In this document: piece after piece, positions 36,293-45,673 of the stretch
How the letters are laid out: each line of letters starts with the position of its first letter
Position numbering within the stretch: position 1 is the first letter of the stretch
NCBI GenBank assembly: GCA_965263295.1
Contig: OZ253665.1
Span: 2,208,001 to 2,272,000 of the forward strand
Source: Spirochaetia bacterium
GTDB taxonomy: Bacteria; Spirochaetota; Spirochaetia; SP-2023
Direction: 5' to 3'
DNA length: 64,000 nucleotides
Notes under the pieces: generated by a model
What the model saw: only the letters and a program-made list of their open reading frames with translations
Databases searched by the model: none
Told to the model about the DNA's origin: nothing
Translations under genes and position numbers: made by a program

Positions 36293-37252
36293 CTATTCCT
36301 TTACGCCGCCTTCGGTCAGGCCGGAAGAGACCTTGCCCATGGTGGCGAGGTAGACGAGCAACACAGGAATCAGGGTCAGTACCGAAGCGGCCATGATGCG
36401 CCCCCAGATAAAGTGGGTCGAAGAGAATAGGGTTTGCAATGCAACCGGTAAAGTAAACATGGCGCGGTTTTCCTTGAGGAAAATTGAAGCAAACAAGTAC
36501 TCGTTCCAGCCGATGATAAAACAGTAGATGAATACCGATATAATCATTGGAATTGATAGGGGGATGATTATCTGGGTGATGGCGCGCAAACGTGAGCAAC
36601 CGTCGATAATGGCGGCCTCTTCTAGGGAGTATGGTATAGTGCGGAAATAATTTCCGAGCATGAAAATAGCGACGGGCAAGGTCTGCAGCACATATACCGC
36701 GCCGAGAGCCAGGGCGCGACCCACATTGCTTTGGTTGAGCCCAAACTTCACATAGATTTGGAACAGTGGGATCATCAGCAGCACGCCGTTAATCATGTAA
36801 ATCATAAGTATACTGCGTTGAATCAACTGGCGGCCCGGAAAGTTCAGGCGCGAGACGGAATAGGCCCCCATGATGGCCAAGATAATAGAGAACAAAGAAG
36901 TCAGGCCGGCAAACAGAAGGGAGTTTTTCATGTACTTTAAAAATGGGAAGATATCGCGGGTATCAATGTACTTTGCCAGGATTTTCTCGCGGGCCTCTTG
37001 CGAAAGATTAGGGCGGGCCAGGACTTTCTTGACGGAGTCTGGCAGTTTTTCCGTCTCGACATCTTGGCTCAAGCCCAACAGTTCTTTGTAGGCTTCAAAC
37101 GTGACTTCGTTGGGAATAATATTAGGTTCTTGCCATTCATTGACTGGTTTTAGCGATACTGAGAGCTGCACGATGAACGGAAACAGGCAGATAAAGATGA
37201 CCAGCAGGGCACTCAGGTAAATCGCAATATGGCGTCCGATGGAATATTTCAT
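36293..37252 (-). CDS. Carbohydrate ABC permease (YcjP-like)
   Basis: SLEEAAIIDGCSR, WNEYLFA, WGRIMAAS, GLTEGGVK. Confidence 0.92.
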   Translation of the reverse strand: MKYSIGRHIAIYLSALLVIFICLFPFIVQLSVSLKPVNEWQEPNIIPNEVTFEAYKELLGLSQDVETEKLPDSVKKVLARPNLSQEAREKILAKYIDTRDIFPFLKYMKNSLLFAGLTSLFSIILAIMGAYSVSRLNFPGRQLIQRSILMIYMINGVLLMIPLFQIYVKFGLNQSNVGRALALGAVYVLQTLPVAIFMLGNYFRTIPYSLEEAAIIDGCSRLRAITQIIIPLSIPMIISVFIYCFIIGWNEYLFASIFLKENRAMFTLPVALQTLFSSTHFIWGRIMAASVLTLIPVLLVYLATMGKVSSGLTEGGVKE

Positions 37253-37261
37253 GCCCTGCCC

Positions 37262-38119
37262 CTACCACTTTAAGATTTTTTTCACGTAGAACCATATAAA
37301 CAACGCCAAAAAAATCAGTTGGAATACTGAGATTGTCGCGGCATAGTCCTGATTGATGCTGCCGCTAAAGGCTTCGTAGTATGTATAGACGGGGACAGTC
37401 CGAACGCTGGAAGAAATCAGAAAGACGGTGTCAAAAGCGTTTAGGTTCCAGATGAAGCGCAGCAGCACAATTGTTCCGAGCACGAAGCTCACTTCTGGCA
37501 GCGTGATGTATATAAAACGCTTCCAGGGGCCGGCGCCATCAATGGCAGCAGCCTCGTAGTAGTCCTTATTAATCGACTGCAGGCGCGAGAAAATCAACAG
37601 AGTCGCGATGGCAAAGCGCTTCCAGACGTCGAAAATAATTGAAATGGCCAGGCCATACTTGGGCGCAGCCATATTGATGCGCTGATCTGTCAGGTTCCAG
37701 ATGTCGACCATGTAGTGGTTGTAGATGCCGATGACCGGGTCAAAGATAAATTTCCAGGCAAAGACGACCGAGATCACCGGCACAAAATAGGGTAGCAGAG
37801 AGACCACGCGCACGACACTGCGGCCGATGAATTTTTCATTCAGGAGTAGAGCGACGCCTAAACCGAGTAAAGTTGTGCCCGTCACGGTACCCAACAAGAA
37901 GATGGCGCTAAATCCCAGCGCCCTCCAGTAGTCCGAATCGGCAAGCAGGTGACTGTAGTTTTTTAGGCCGATGAAGGCCATGGTGCCGTCAAGGCTGACG
38001 TCAAAGAAGCTGATATAAATGTTGTACAGCAAGGGGTAGATAATCAGCAAAACGATTAAAGCCAGCGATGGCCCCATCAGGCCGAGGCCCAGCCTGGCTT
38101 CCGCGCGGTTATAGTTCAT
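37262..38119 (-). CDS. Carbohydrate ABC permease (YcjO-like)
   Basis: FIGLKNY, YYEAAAIDGA, ITLPE. Confidence 0.92.
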   Translation of the reverse strand: MNYNRAEARLGLGLMGPSLALIVLLIIYPLLYNIYISFFDVSLDGTMAFIGLKNYSHLLADSDYWRALGFSAIFLLGTVTGTTLLGLGVALLLNEKFIGRSVVRVVSLLPYFVPVISVVFAWKFIFDPVIGIYNHYMVDIWNLTDQRINMAAPKYGLAISIIFDVWKRFAIATLLIFSRLQSINKDYYEAAAIDGAGPWKRFIYITLPEVSFVLGTIVLLRFIWNLNAFDTVFLISSSVRTVPVYTYYEAFSGSINQDYAATISVFQLIFLALFIWFYVKKILKW

Positions 38120-38199
38120 GGCGAATCCTCTCTAAAAAATTTAGCGCCGATTTAGCGCCAGGCGCAGAACCCCGCACTCGGCGCTAAAATGGACAAACC

Positions 38200-39600
38200 T
38201 CAGCGGCCCAAAATTTCGCGGGCTTTGCTGTCGGCCCACAGAATGGCATCGTCGATGGAAACGCCATCGTTGACCACCTTGCCAACCATTTGCTCTACAA
38301 CTAGCTTGGCCAAGATGCTCGCCGCGTCTGGGTAAGCCTTGCCGCCGTAGACATCAAATGCCTGAGCGTCGGCTAAACCATTGGAAATGGTGGCGAGCAT
38401 TTCGCCGCCATAGCGATTGTATAGGCCTTTAGGGTCGTCGAGAAACTCGCTGCTGGTGGCGATTTCTTTGATGGCGGGGAACATCCCGCCAATTCCCGTG
38501 TGCAGGTAGCTAATGTAGCTGTCCTTCTGCAGCATAGCCTGGACAAAGGAGCTGGCGTCGTCGCCACGTTCGGGGCCGTTATCCATGATGGTTATCCCCA
38601 GGTTCTTGCCAAAGCTGCCCTTGATACCTGAGGGTCCCTGAATTACTGGGACGAAACCGGTTTTGTTGGCCAGCTCCGGATCAAAACTGGCACCTTCGAG
38701 TTCATCAAAGTTTTCAGCTGTCAAAGAGCCCTTGGCGACATCTTCAAGGGCCAAGTCATCGAGAATATAGGTGGAGTAGAAAAACATTGCCAGGCGGTTC
38801 TGGAAGTAGTAGTCGCGGCTACGCCAGTTTTGCGGGCCAGGGGGGTTATATTGAGACAGCTTGGCATAGAATTCGAGTGTCTGACGCATTTCCGGGGTAT
38901 CAATGCCTAAGGAACCGTCGGGCTTGATCAGGTAGGCGCCGTTGGCAAGGGCGAACTGAGTAAAGACCTGGCCGGTAAAGTTAATCCCCGGATCTGTCCC
39001 GATCAAAATGCCGTATTTGTTTTCCTCTGGCTTATAAAAATACGCAGCGGCCTTTTCGATGTCATCCCAGGTTTGGGGCGGATTCAGTCCGGCCTGCTCA
39101 AACAGGTCCTTGCGGTACCAAATCCCCTGTACCCAACCGTAGTAGGGGATGGCAAAGTAGGAACCGTCGGGCAGTTGGTACTGGCTCAAAATGTCGCCGT
39201 AGCGATTCTCACCGACCTCCTCAATGGTCTTCGCGATGGCATCCTTGTTGAGCAGTTTGCTGATTGTAGAGTCCAGAAAATAAGAAAACTGGAAGCCGAC
39301 CATGTCTGGCTTGCTGTCGGCTGAGATGGCAGCGGCGAGCTTGCTCGGAAGCTCGGATTCTTCTACCGTGACCACGTTGTAATCGTTGCCGGTTTCAGCG
39401 GCCCAAACGTCACCGATCAGGGAAAGAGCCTTGATGCGCTCTGTCTCTCCGTCCGTAGTCCAGAATTCTACCTTGCTGGTGCCGCCATTTGCTCCTGTGC
39501 TGTCCGCAGATTTATTGCAGCTGGCCAATAGCAGCAAGCTCACGCCGGCAGCCAGCAGGCTGAGCCACTTGAATTTCATACTTGTTTTCATATATTTCAT
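38200..39600 (-). CDS. Sugar ABC substrate-binding lipoprotein (YcjN-like)
   Basis: Lipobox LLASC; GWVQGIWYRKDLF; P-TWDD. Confidence 0.9.
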   Translation of the reverse strand: MKYMKTSMKFKWLSLLAAGVSLLLLASCNKSADSTGANGGTSKVEFWTTDGETERIKALSLIGDVWAAETGNDYNVVTVEESELPSKLAAAISADSKPDMVGFQFSYFLDSTISKLLNKDAIAKTIEEVGENRYGDILSQYQLPDGSYFAIPYYGWVQGIWYRKDLFEQAGLNPPQTWDDIEKAAAYFYKPEENKYGILIGTDPGINFTGQVFTQFALANGAYLIKPDGSLGIDTPEMRQTLEFYAKLSQYNPPGPQNWRSRDYYFQNRLAMFFYSTYILDDLALEDVAKGSLTAENFDELEGASFDPELANKTGFVPVIQGPSGIKGSFGKNLGITIMDNGPERGDDASSFVQAMLQKDSYISYLHTGIGGMFPAIKEIATSSEFLDDPKGLYNRYGGEMLATISNGLADAQAFDVYGGKAYPDAASILAKLVVEQMVGKVVNDGVSIDDAILWADSKAREILGR

Positions 39601-40130
39601 ATGTATATTTCTCCTTGTAAGAATAATCGTTTTTCGGATTAAAAGCTTTTCGACGTCTGGCTAATTTCAGCACGACAGTGTTTGCCCATTCAAATTTTTC
39701 TGACGTAAATGCCCAGCTAAAAATCACAAGTCATTGTAAAAAAGCTGCTGGGGCCACGCAAGCTGCCAGACGGCTTGGCATTTGCCGGCGTGGCAGAAGC
39801 CACTCCGTCTATTCAGTCTCCTCAATCACCCAATCACCTGGAGGGCAAGGCAAAAAAAAGGCGGCCAGGAATAAAGCCAAAAATAAAGCAAATAATACTG
39901 AAAATAGCTTGAATCTTTAAAAAGGTGGTGACCTGCTTTTACTAAACCCAAAAAGCATTGTCGTATACCCCTAAAAGGTAATTGCAGTTCATTGCCGGAC
40001 CGCTATCCGGCCGTCAGAGTCTGGCAAATGACCTTGTCAACCCAAACCTGGCTTCTTGTTTGTAACAAAACTTGTCCGGGCCGGCCGCACAAATTTTGTG
40101 GGAAGTGCCGATGCTTCGCGCGGACAATCT

Positions 40131-40703
40131 TTAAAACCAAAAGCGAACACCTAAGTCAATTGGGCCATCAACATGGAGCCAGAGGCGCGGCGGATTGCCC
40201 AGTCCTATGCCCAGGCCAGCAATTGGTGTGAGATTCAGGTAGATCTGGAACCATTCCCACAGCCAAAAGCTCATGCCGAGGGGCATCCGTAGGCCTGCAG
40301 ATATCCCTATGCCCTTGCGGTAGCCGTAAAACGTCCCCCCGGCACCCAGGAATATATGGAGCTCAAACCATTTTGTGGCTTGTAGAGCTTTGAGCAAAAA
40401 ATCCACATTGGCATTGATGCCGTAGCCGCCAAAGCCCAAGCCGGCAATACCCGTGCTGAATAAAAAAGACGTCTGGGGCACATGCAGAGTTATGGCTGGC
40501 AAGGCGTCCGGGAAACCGGCGACAATCCCGGTATACGGTAGGAGAGCTGCCGCGCCGACCCCACCTTTAAAACCCAGGCCCCACTTGTCGCGTTGCCGCT
40601 CAAAACTTACAGTTTGTCGGCCGACCTCTACGGCAAAGAGCTGCAGGGAGGCACTCAATACAAAACATGTAGTTAAGACAATGAAGCTGCTTCTCGTCGG
40701 CAT
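40131..40703 (-). CDS. Small outer-membrane beta-barrel, DUF3996/BAPKO_0422-like
   Basis: Signal peptide; Gly/aromatic-rich strands (GLRMPLGMSF, QIYLNLTP); C-terminus LGVRFWF. Confidence 0.65.
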   Translation of the reverse strand: MPTRSSFIVLTTCFVLSASLQLFAVEVGRQTVSFERQRDKWGLGFKGGVGAAALLPYTGIVAGFPDALPAITLHVPQTSFLFSTGIAGLGFGGYGINANVDFLLKALQATKWFELHIFLGAGGTFYGYRKGIGISAGLRMPLGMSFWLWEWFQIYLNLTPIAGLGIGLGNPPRLWLHVDGPIDLGVRFWF

Positions 40704-40819
40704 CGGCGCCCGCCTCCCAACCTATATTTACGACCTATTTTATTGTGTGAAATTGTTAGCACCTGTCAATCTGGGGCATATATTCGTCGAACTGATGCCG
40801 AAAAACTGGAAGCGAAAGA

Positions 40820-42058
40820 TCAATCCCACTGCAGGGCTCCCCCCACTTGGTATTCCGTGACACGCGTTTCAAAGAAGTTTTTTTCCTTGCTCAGGTCCAT
40901 AATCTCAGACATCCAGGGGAAGGGGTTGGGCACTCCGCTAAACTCCTCGGTCAAACCGATCTGCTGTAGGCGCCGATTGGCGATGAATTTTAAATAATCT
41001 TCCATGACGGCAGCATTCATTCCCAGCACGCCTCGCGGCATGGTGTCGCGGGCGTACTGGACCTCCAGGGCCATGCCCTGCAAAATCAGGCTGGCAGCCT
41101 GTTGCTTCATTTCTTCGTCCCAGAGATCGGGATTTTCCCGTTTGATCTGATTGATCATATCAATGCCAAAATTCAAGTGCATGGACTCGTCTCGCAAGAT
41201 GTACTGGAACTGCTCCGCGGTGCCTGTCATGCGATTGCGGCGCCCCATCGACAGGATCTGGGCAAAACCGCAATAAAAAAACATGCCTTCGAGCACACAG
41301 TAATAGGCAATCAAATTGAGCAAAAGCTTGCGGTCGTTTTCTGGCGTGCCCGTGCAGAACTGCGGGTCGGAAAGGCCGGAAGTGTAGTGCAAGCCCCAGG
41401 CGGCCTTGCGGGCGACTGACGGTATCTCGTGATACATGTTAAAGACTTCGCCCTCGTCAATTCCCAGCGATTCAATCACGTATTGGTAGGCATGTGTGTG
41501 GATGGCCTCTTCAAAACTTTGACGTAGCAGATATTGGCGGCATTCTGGGTTGGTAATATGGCGATAAACGGCCAATACAAGGTTATTGGCTACAAGGGAG
41601 TCCGCGGTAGAAAAGAAGCCCAGGTTGCGTTTGACAATGCGCTGCTCGTCTTCGCTCAGATCGCCGCTCCTCCAAAGCGCTATGTCAGCTGTCATGTTAA
41701 TTTCTTGCGGCATCCAATGGTTGGCACAAGCGTCGAGATACTTTTGCCAAGCCCAGTCATATTTAAAAGGCACCAATTGATTTAAGTCTGCGCGGCAGTT
41801 AATCATGACCTTGTCATCGACCCGGACGCGTTCAAAACTGCTGGACTCGGCCAGATCGGCACAGACGTCCAGCTCGGCGAGCAAGGCTTCTGCCTTGCTC
41901 ATGCGTTGGCCGCCTCCGTCAATCCCCCGCAGCGAGGCAAAACCGGCGGCCAGTTGCTCATTGTCGAGCAAAGGCAAAATCGCGGATTCTTCTGCGGATT
42001 TTGATTTTGTAGAGATCTCGGCATGTGCCGCGTCTTTTTCTTGATCCCATTCGGACAT
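40820..42058 (-). CDS. nrdB: Class Ia ribonucleotide reductase beta subunit
   Basis: [25 protein letters not shown] (radical Tyr present), [24 protein letters not shown]. Confidence 0.96.
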   Translation of the reverse strand: MSEWDQEKDAAHAEISTKSKSAEESAILPLLDNEQLAAGFASLRGIDGGGQRMSKAEALLAELDVCADLAESSSFERVRVDDKVMINCRADLNQLVPFKYDWAWQKYLDACANHWMPQEINMTADIALWRSGDLSEDEQRIVKRNLGFFSTADSLVANNLVLAVYRHITNPECRQYLLRQSFEEAIHTHAYQYVIESLGIDEGEVFNMYHEIPSVARKAAWGLHYTSGLSDPQFCTGTPENDRKLLLNLIAYYCVLEGMFFYCGFAQILSMGRRNRMTGTAEQFQYILRDESMHLNFGIDMINQIKRENPDLWDEEMKQQAASLILQGMALEVQYARDTMPRGVLGMNAAVMEDYLKFIANRRLQQIGLTEEFSGVPNPFPWMSEIMDLSKEKNFFETRVTEYQVGGALQWD

Positions 42059-42347
42059 AAGGGGAATCCTCCATATCAATTTAAAATCAGATATCTCAAG
42101 AAATCAATAATCAATATCATTATCTTGGCTCATCGTCAAAGCTTCAAAGCACGATATCAGCTGCGCTGCTCACAATCAGATGCCCTGGCCGGGGGCGACT
42201 AATTAATGTGGGGTTCTGTTGTGGATTTATTTATGGCAAATATAAATAGCTTCCACAACTCCCACGGTAAAAGTGGCGCAGGGCCGTTTAGATTGCTTAG
42301 ACTGCTTAGAATCCTTGGGTTGCTTGGGACAGCACCTTGCCGATTTG

Positions 42348-42497
42348 CTATTGACAAGCTTCGCAGTCCTGATCGTTTAACATGCAGTACTTGGCACCCT
42401 GTTTGTGCCCGCGTACGACCCGATCGGCAGCAGCGTCGATAAAATCGTCCGCCTGTTCCAGTTCAATCGCACTTTCATCCCAATTCAGCATACCCAT
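42348..42497 (-). CDS. Small ORF (49 aa) carrying the NrdA-type C-terminal redox cysteine tail
   Basis: MGMLNWDE...KYCMLNDQDCEACQ. AGGGAG RBS 9 nt before ATG 42497. Same reading frame as nrdA but separated from it by two TAA stops. Confidence 0.7.
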   Translation of the reverse strand: MGMLNWDESAIELEQADDFIDAAADRVVRGHKQGAKYCMLNDQDCEACQ

Positions 42498-42602
42498 ATT
42501 CCGTTTCTCCCTCGTACCTTTCGGTGTGTCTTTCATTTTTCGACGGTTTCGATAAAATTTGTAACTGTCTGCGCAACAATTTCCAACATTTTATTTATTC
42601 CA

Positions 42603-45032
42603 TTATTTGATAGTATTTTGCACGGCGTTAAGCCCACTGGTACTGACGGTCGATTTCTCCGTCGACGTGGCGGCCAATGCCCTCAAGTAATAGGTTGTTT
42701 TCAAGCCCCGAAGCCAAGCCATGCGATAGGTCAAATCAATTTTTTTACCGCTGGCCGCCCCCATGTAAATATTCAGCGACTGCGACTGATCAATCCATTT
42801 CTGGCGGCGTGCCGCAGCTTCGACGATCCAGCGTGGCTCCAGTTCAAAGGCACTCTGGTAACGCTGCTTCAGCTCATCTGGGATACTGGCTATGTTTTGC
42901 ACGCTGCCGTCAAAGCGCTTTAGTTCCTCAATCACGGCGGGCCGCCAAAGGCCTAACGCTTTCAGTTCATCCACCAGATAGCGATTAATTACGGTAAATT
43001 CGCCCGAAAGATTGGATTTTACATATACATTCTGAAAGGTGGGCTCAATTGACTGACTGACCCCGACAATATTTGAAATCGTGGCCGTCGGCGCAATTGT
43101 CATGACGTAGGAATTGCGCATTCCTCGGCGAACTTTTTGGCGCAAAGAATTCCAGTCCAGGCTCTGGCTGCGGTCCAAATCTAAGTAGCCTGCGCCGCGG
43201 CTTTGAGCCAGCAGCTCAATGCTGTCAATCGGCAAGATTCCCCGGTTCCACAGCGAGCCGGCAAAACTTTCATATGCCCCTCGCTCTTCGGCTAAGTTTT
43301 GCGAAGCTTCAATTGCGTAGTAGGAAATCAGCTCGGCAGAGCAGTCCGCGAACTGCACGGCCTCTTCTGAGCTGAAAGCGATGCCCATTTTGTATAGCGC
43401 GTCCTGAAAACCCATCATGCCCAGGCCGATGGGACGGTGACGCAGGTTGCTGCGGCGGGCCTTTTCGACGGCGTAATAGTTAATGTCGATGACATTATCC
43501 AGCATGCGTATCGCGGTGCGGACTGTCTGGCGCAACTTGTCGCGCTGCAGCTGGCCATTTTCGACGTGGGCCGCCAGGTTGACCGAGCCCAGATTGCAAA
43601 CCGCAATTTCCTCTTCATTGGTGTTCAATGTGATTTCGGTACAGAGGTTTGACGAGTGTACCTGGCCGACGTGTTGCTGTGGCGAGCGCAGGTTGCAAGG
43701 GTCCTTGAAAGTTATCCACGGGTGCCCGGTCTCAAACAGCATGGACAGGATTTTCCGCCAGAGGGTTACGGCTTCCAGTTTTTTGTGGCGCAGCTGGCCG
43801 CTGGCTGCCAGCTGTTCGTATTCGGCGTAGCGCTGTTCAAATTTTTGGCCATACAGGTCGTGCAGGTCTCGGACGTCGGATGGCGAGAATAGGAGCCAGG
43901 GCCCGTTTTCCTGCACGCGCTTGACCAGCAGGTCAGGCACCCAAATGGCGGTATTCATGTCGTGGGTGCGCCGGCGGTCGTCTCCCGTGTTTTTGCGCAA
44001 CTCGACAAACTCTTCGATATCCAAGTGCCAAGCTTCCAGATAAGCGCATACGGCCCCCTTGCGCTTGCCCCCCTGATTGACGGCCACCGCGGTATCATTG
44101 ACCACTTTCAAAAATGGCACCACACCTTGACTTTTGCCATTGGTACCCTTGATATGCGAGCCCATGGCCCGCACGGGAGTCCAGTCGTTGCCCAGACCCC
44201 CGGCCCATTTGGAAAGCATGGCGTTGTCGTGGATGGCATTAAAAATGCCGTCCAGGTCGTCCGGGACCGTCGTCAAATAGCAGGAAGAAAGCTGCGGGCG
44301 CAGGGTGCCGGAGTTAAACAGGGTCGGCGTGGAGCTCATGTAATCAAAGCTGGAGATCAGGCGATAAAACTCGATGGCCCGTTCGGTCGGTTGCGCCTCT
44401 TGCAAGGCCAGACCCATGGCGACGCGCATGAAAAAGATTTGCGGCAGCTCCAGGCGAACGCCCTCCCTGTGGAGAAAGTAACGGTCATACAAGGTCTGCA
44501 GGCCTAAGTATTGGAACTGTAAGTCGCGTTTGGGTTCCAGAGCGGCGGCCAGGGCCTGCAAATTGAAACGTCGGGCCAATTCAGGGCTCAGGAGTTCCAT
44601 TTCAATCCCTCTGGGAACATAGTCGAGAAAAACCTGGCGGTAAACTTCGGCGAGTTTTTCCTTGTCTGAGAGGACAAGGTGCTGAATGCCATAGGCTTTA
44701 GTCATGTCCTCGGCAAACAGCTTGTGTAGCAAAAGGCGCGCCGTGACGTAGCTGTAATTGGGTTCCTGTTCAACCAGGGTGCGGCTGCTGATCAGCAGGG
44801 CGGTGTGCAATTCTGACTCGGGTATCCCCGTGTAAAGACTGCGTAATGTCTCGCGTAGGACCTGTTGCCCATCTACCCCGGCCAGCCCCTGTAGCGCGTA
44901 GTCGACAGTGTGCTGCAGAAAATCAAAATCCAAAGGCTGTTCCTGCGAGCCAGAACCATCCGGCCGGGCTACTTTGACTAAAATTTTACTCGCAGCTTCG
45001 CGCAACTCATCGACAGGCATAATGTTCCCCAT
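42603..45032 (-). CDS. nrdA: Class Ia ribonucleotide reductase alpha subunit, lacking the C-terminal Cys tail
   Basis: STPTLFNSG, QLSSCYL, SNLCTEI, VCNLGS, IAPTATIS, WIDQSQSLN, KTTYYLR. Ends ...GLNAVQNTIK. Confidence 0.96.
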   Translation of the reverse strand: MGNIMPVDELREAASKILVKVARPDGSGSQEQPLDFDFLQHTVDYALQGLAGVDGQQVLRETLRSLYTGIPESELHTALLISSRTLVEQEPNYSYVTARLLLHKLFAEDMTKAYGIQHLVLSDKEKLAEVYRQVFLDYVPRGIEMELLSPELARRFNLQALAAALEPKRDLQFQYLGLQTLYDRYFLHREGVRLELPQIFFMRVAMGLALQEAQPTERAIEFYRLISSFDYMSSTPTLFNSGTLRPQLSSCYLTTVPDDLDGIFNAIHDNAMLSKWAGGLGNDWTPVRAMGSHIKGTNGKSQGVVPFLKVVNDTAVAVNQGGKRKGAVCAYLEAWHLDIEEFVELRKNTGDDRRRTHDMNTAIWVPDLLVKRVQENGPWLLFSPSDVRDLHDLYGQKFEQRYAEYEQLAASGQLRHKKLEAVTLWRKILSMLFETGHPWITFKDPCNLRSPQQHVGQVHSSNLCTEITLNTNEEEIAVCNLGSVNLAAHVENGQLQRDKLRQTVRTAIRMLDNVIDINYYAVEKARRSNLRHRPIGLGMMGFQDALYKMGIAFSSEEAVQFADCSAELISYYAIEASQNLAEERGAYESFAGSLWNRGILPIDSIELLAQSRGAGYLDLDRSQSLDWNSLRQKVRRGMRNSYVMTIAPTATISNIVGVSQSIEPTFQNVYVKSNLSGEFTVINRYLVDELKALGLWRPAVIEELKRFDGSVQNIASIPDELKQRYQSAFELEPRWIVEAAARRQKWIDQSQSLNIYMGAASGKKIDLTYRMAWLRGLKTTYYLRALAATSTEKSTVSTSGLNAVQNTIK

Positions 45033-45184
45033 TTATAGACCATGTATAGACCCTGTTCCCGTCCGGGACTCTATGTAAAGTAGAGGTATGGTTTTTGACT
45101 CGTAGGCCGTGCATTGGGCCGCATTGGCTATTTAACGGCTATTTAACTTTTGATGTGAAACTTAAGTATCCTTCAAAAACGTAT

Positions 45185-45243
45185 ACCACAATATATTGTT
45201 ATGTTAAGTAAAAATGTGGGCCAAACAACACAATATATTGATT
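45185..45243 (-). promoter_or_regulatory. Two NrdR boxes upstream of nrdA
   Basis: CACAATATATTG core at 45187 and 45229, 42 bp apart, matching the NrdR consensus acaCwAtATaTwGtg. Confidence 0.85.
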
Positions 45244-45673
45244 AAGCTATCATAAGTGCCTGGGCTAAACTGTCAAGTCGAAGGACGGGTGAAAGGGTCG
45301 GGAAGTGGCAGGGAAAAGATTAGAAAAAATGGTATGACAAGTAATCAAAGTATATGTGTCGTATATTTTTACAGTTAAGGGTGTGCGCCCGTTTAGATTC
45401 CAGGATGCAGGCTGAATATACCGGCCAAAGTAAAAATAATTTCCTTCAAATATATTGATAATATTCTAAATTTAAAATTTTAATTGAAAATTTAAGCAGA
45501 TTCTAAGTATTTAGCCTGGCAAAACCGTGCTCAAAAAATTGCGTATTTTGTCCCATTAGGACTGTCAAAAAGCAAAAACCGTGCTACAATGTGTCTTGCG
45601 GCCTTCTTCGGATGATTCCGAGACTTCGGAGGCAGTTTATTAAATAAGAATTTAAAAATTAAGGAAACATATA

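Noticed and set aside
40820..42058. Class Ic (Mn/Fe) assignment for NrdB
   Set aside because: The radical Tyr (HTHAY) and the Asp ligand (STADS) are present, consistent with class Ia.
42601..42605. TAATG stop/start overlap at the end of nrdA as a way of translating the tail
   Set aside because: That ATG gives only Met-Glu-stop; the tail ORF is in a different frame.
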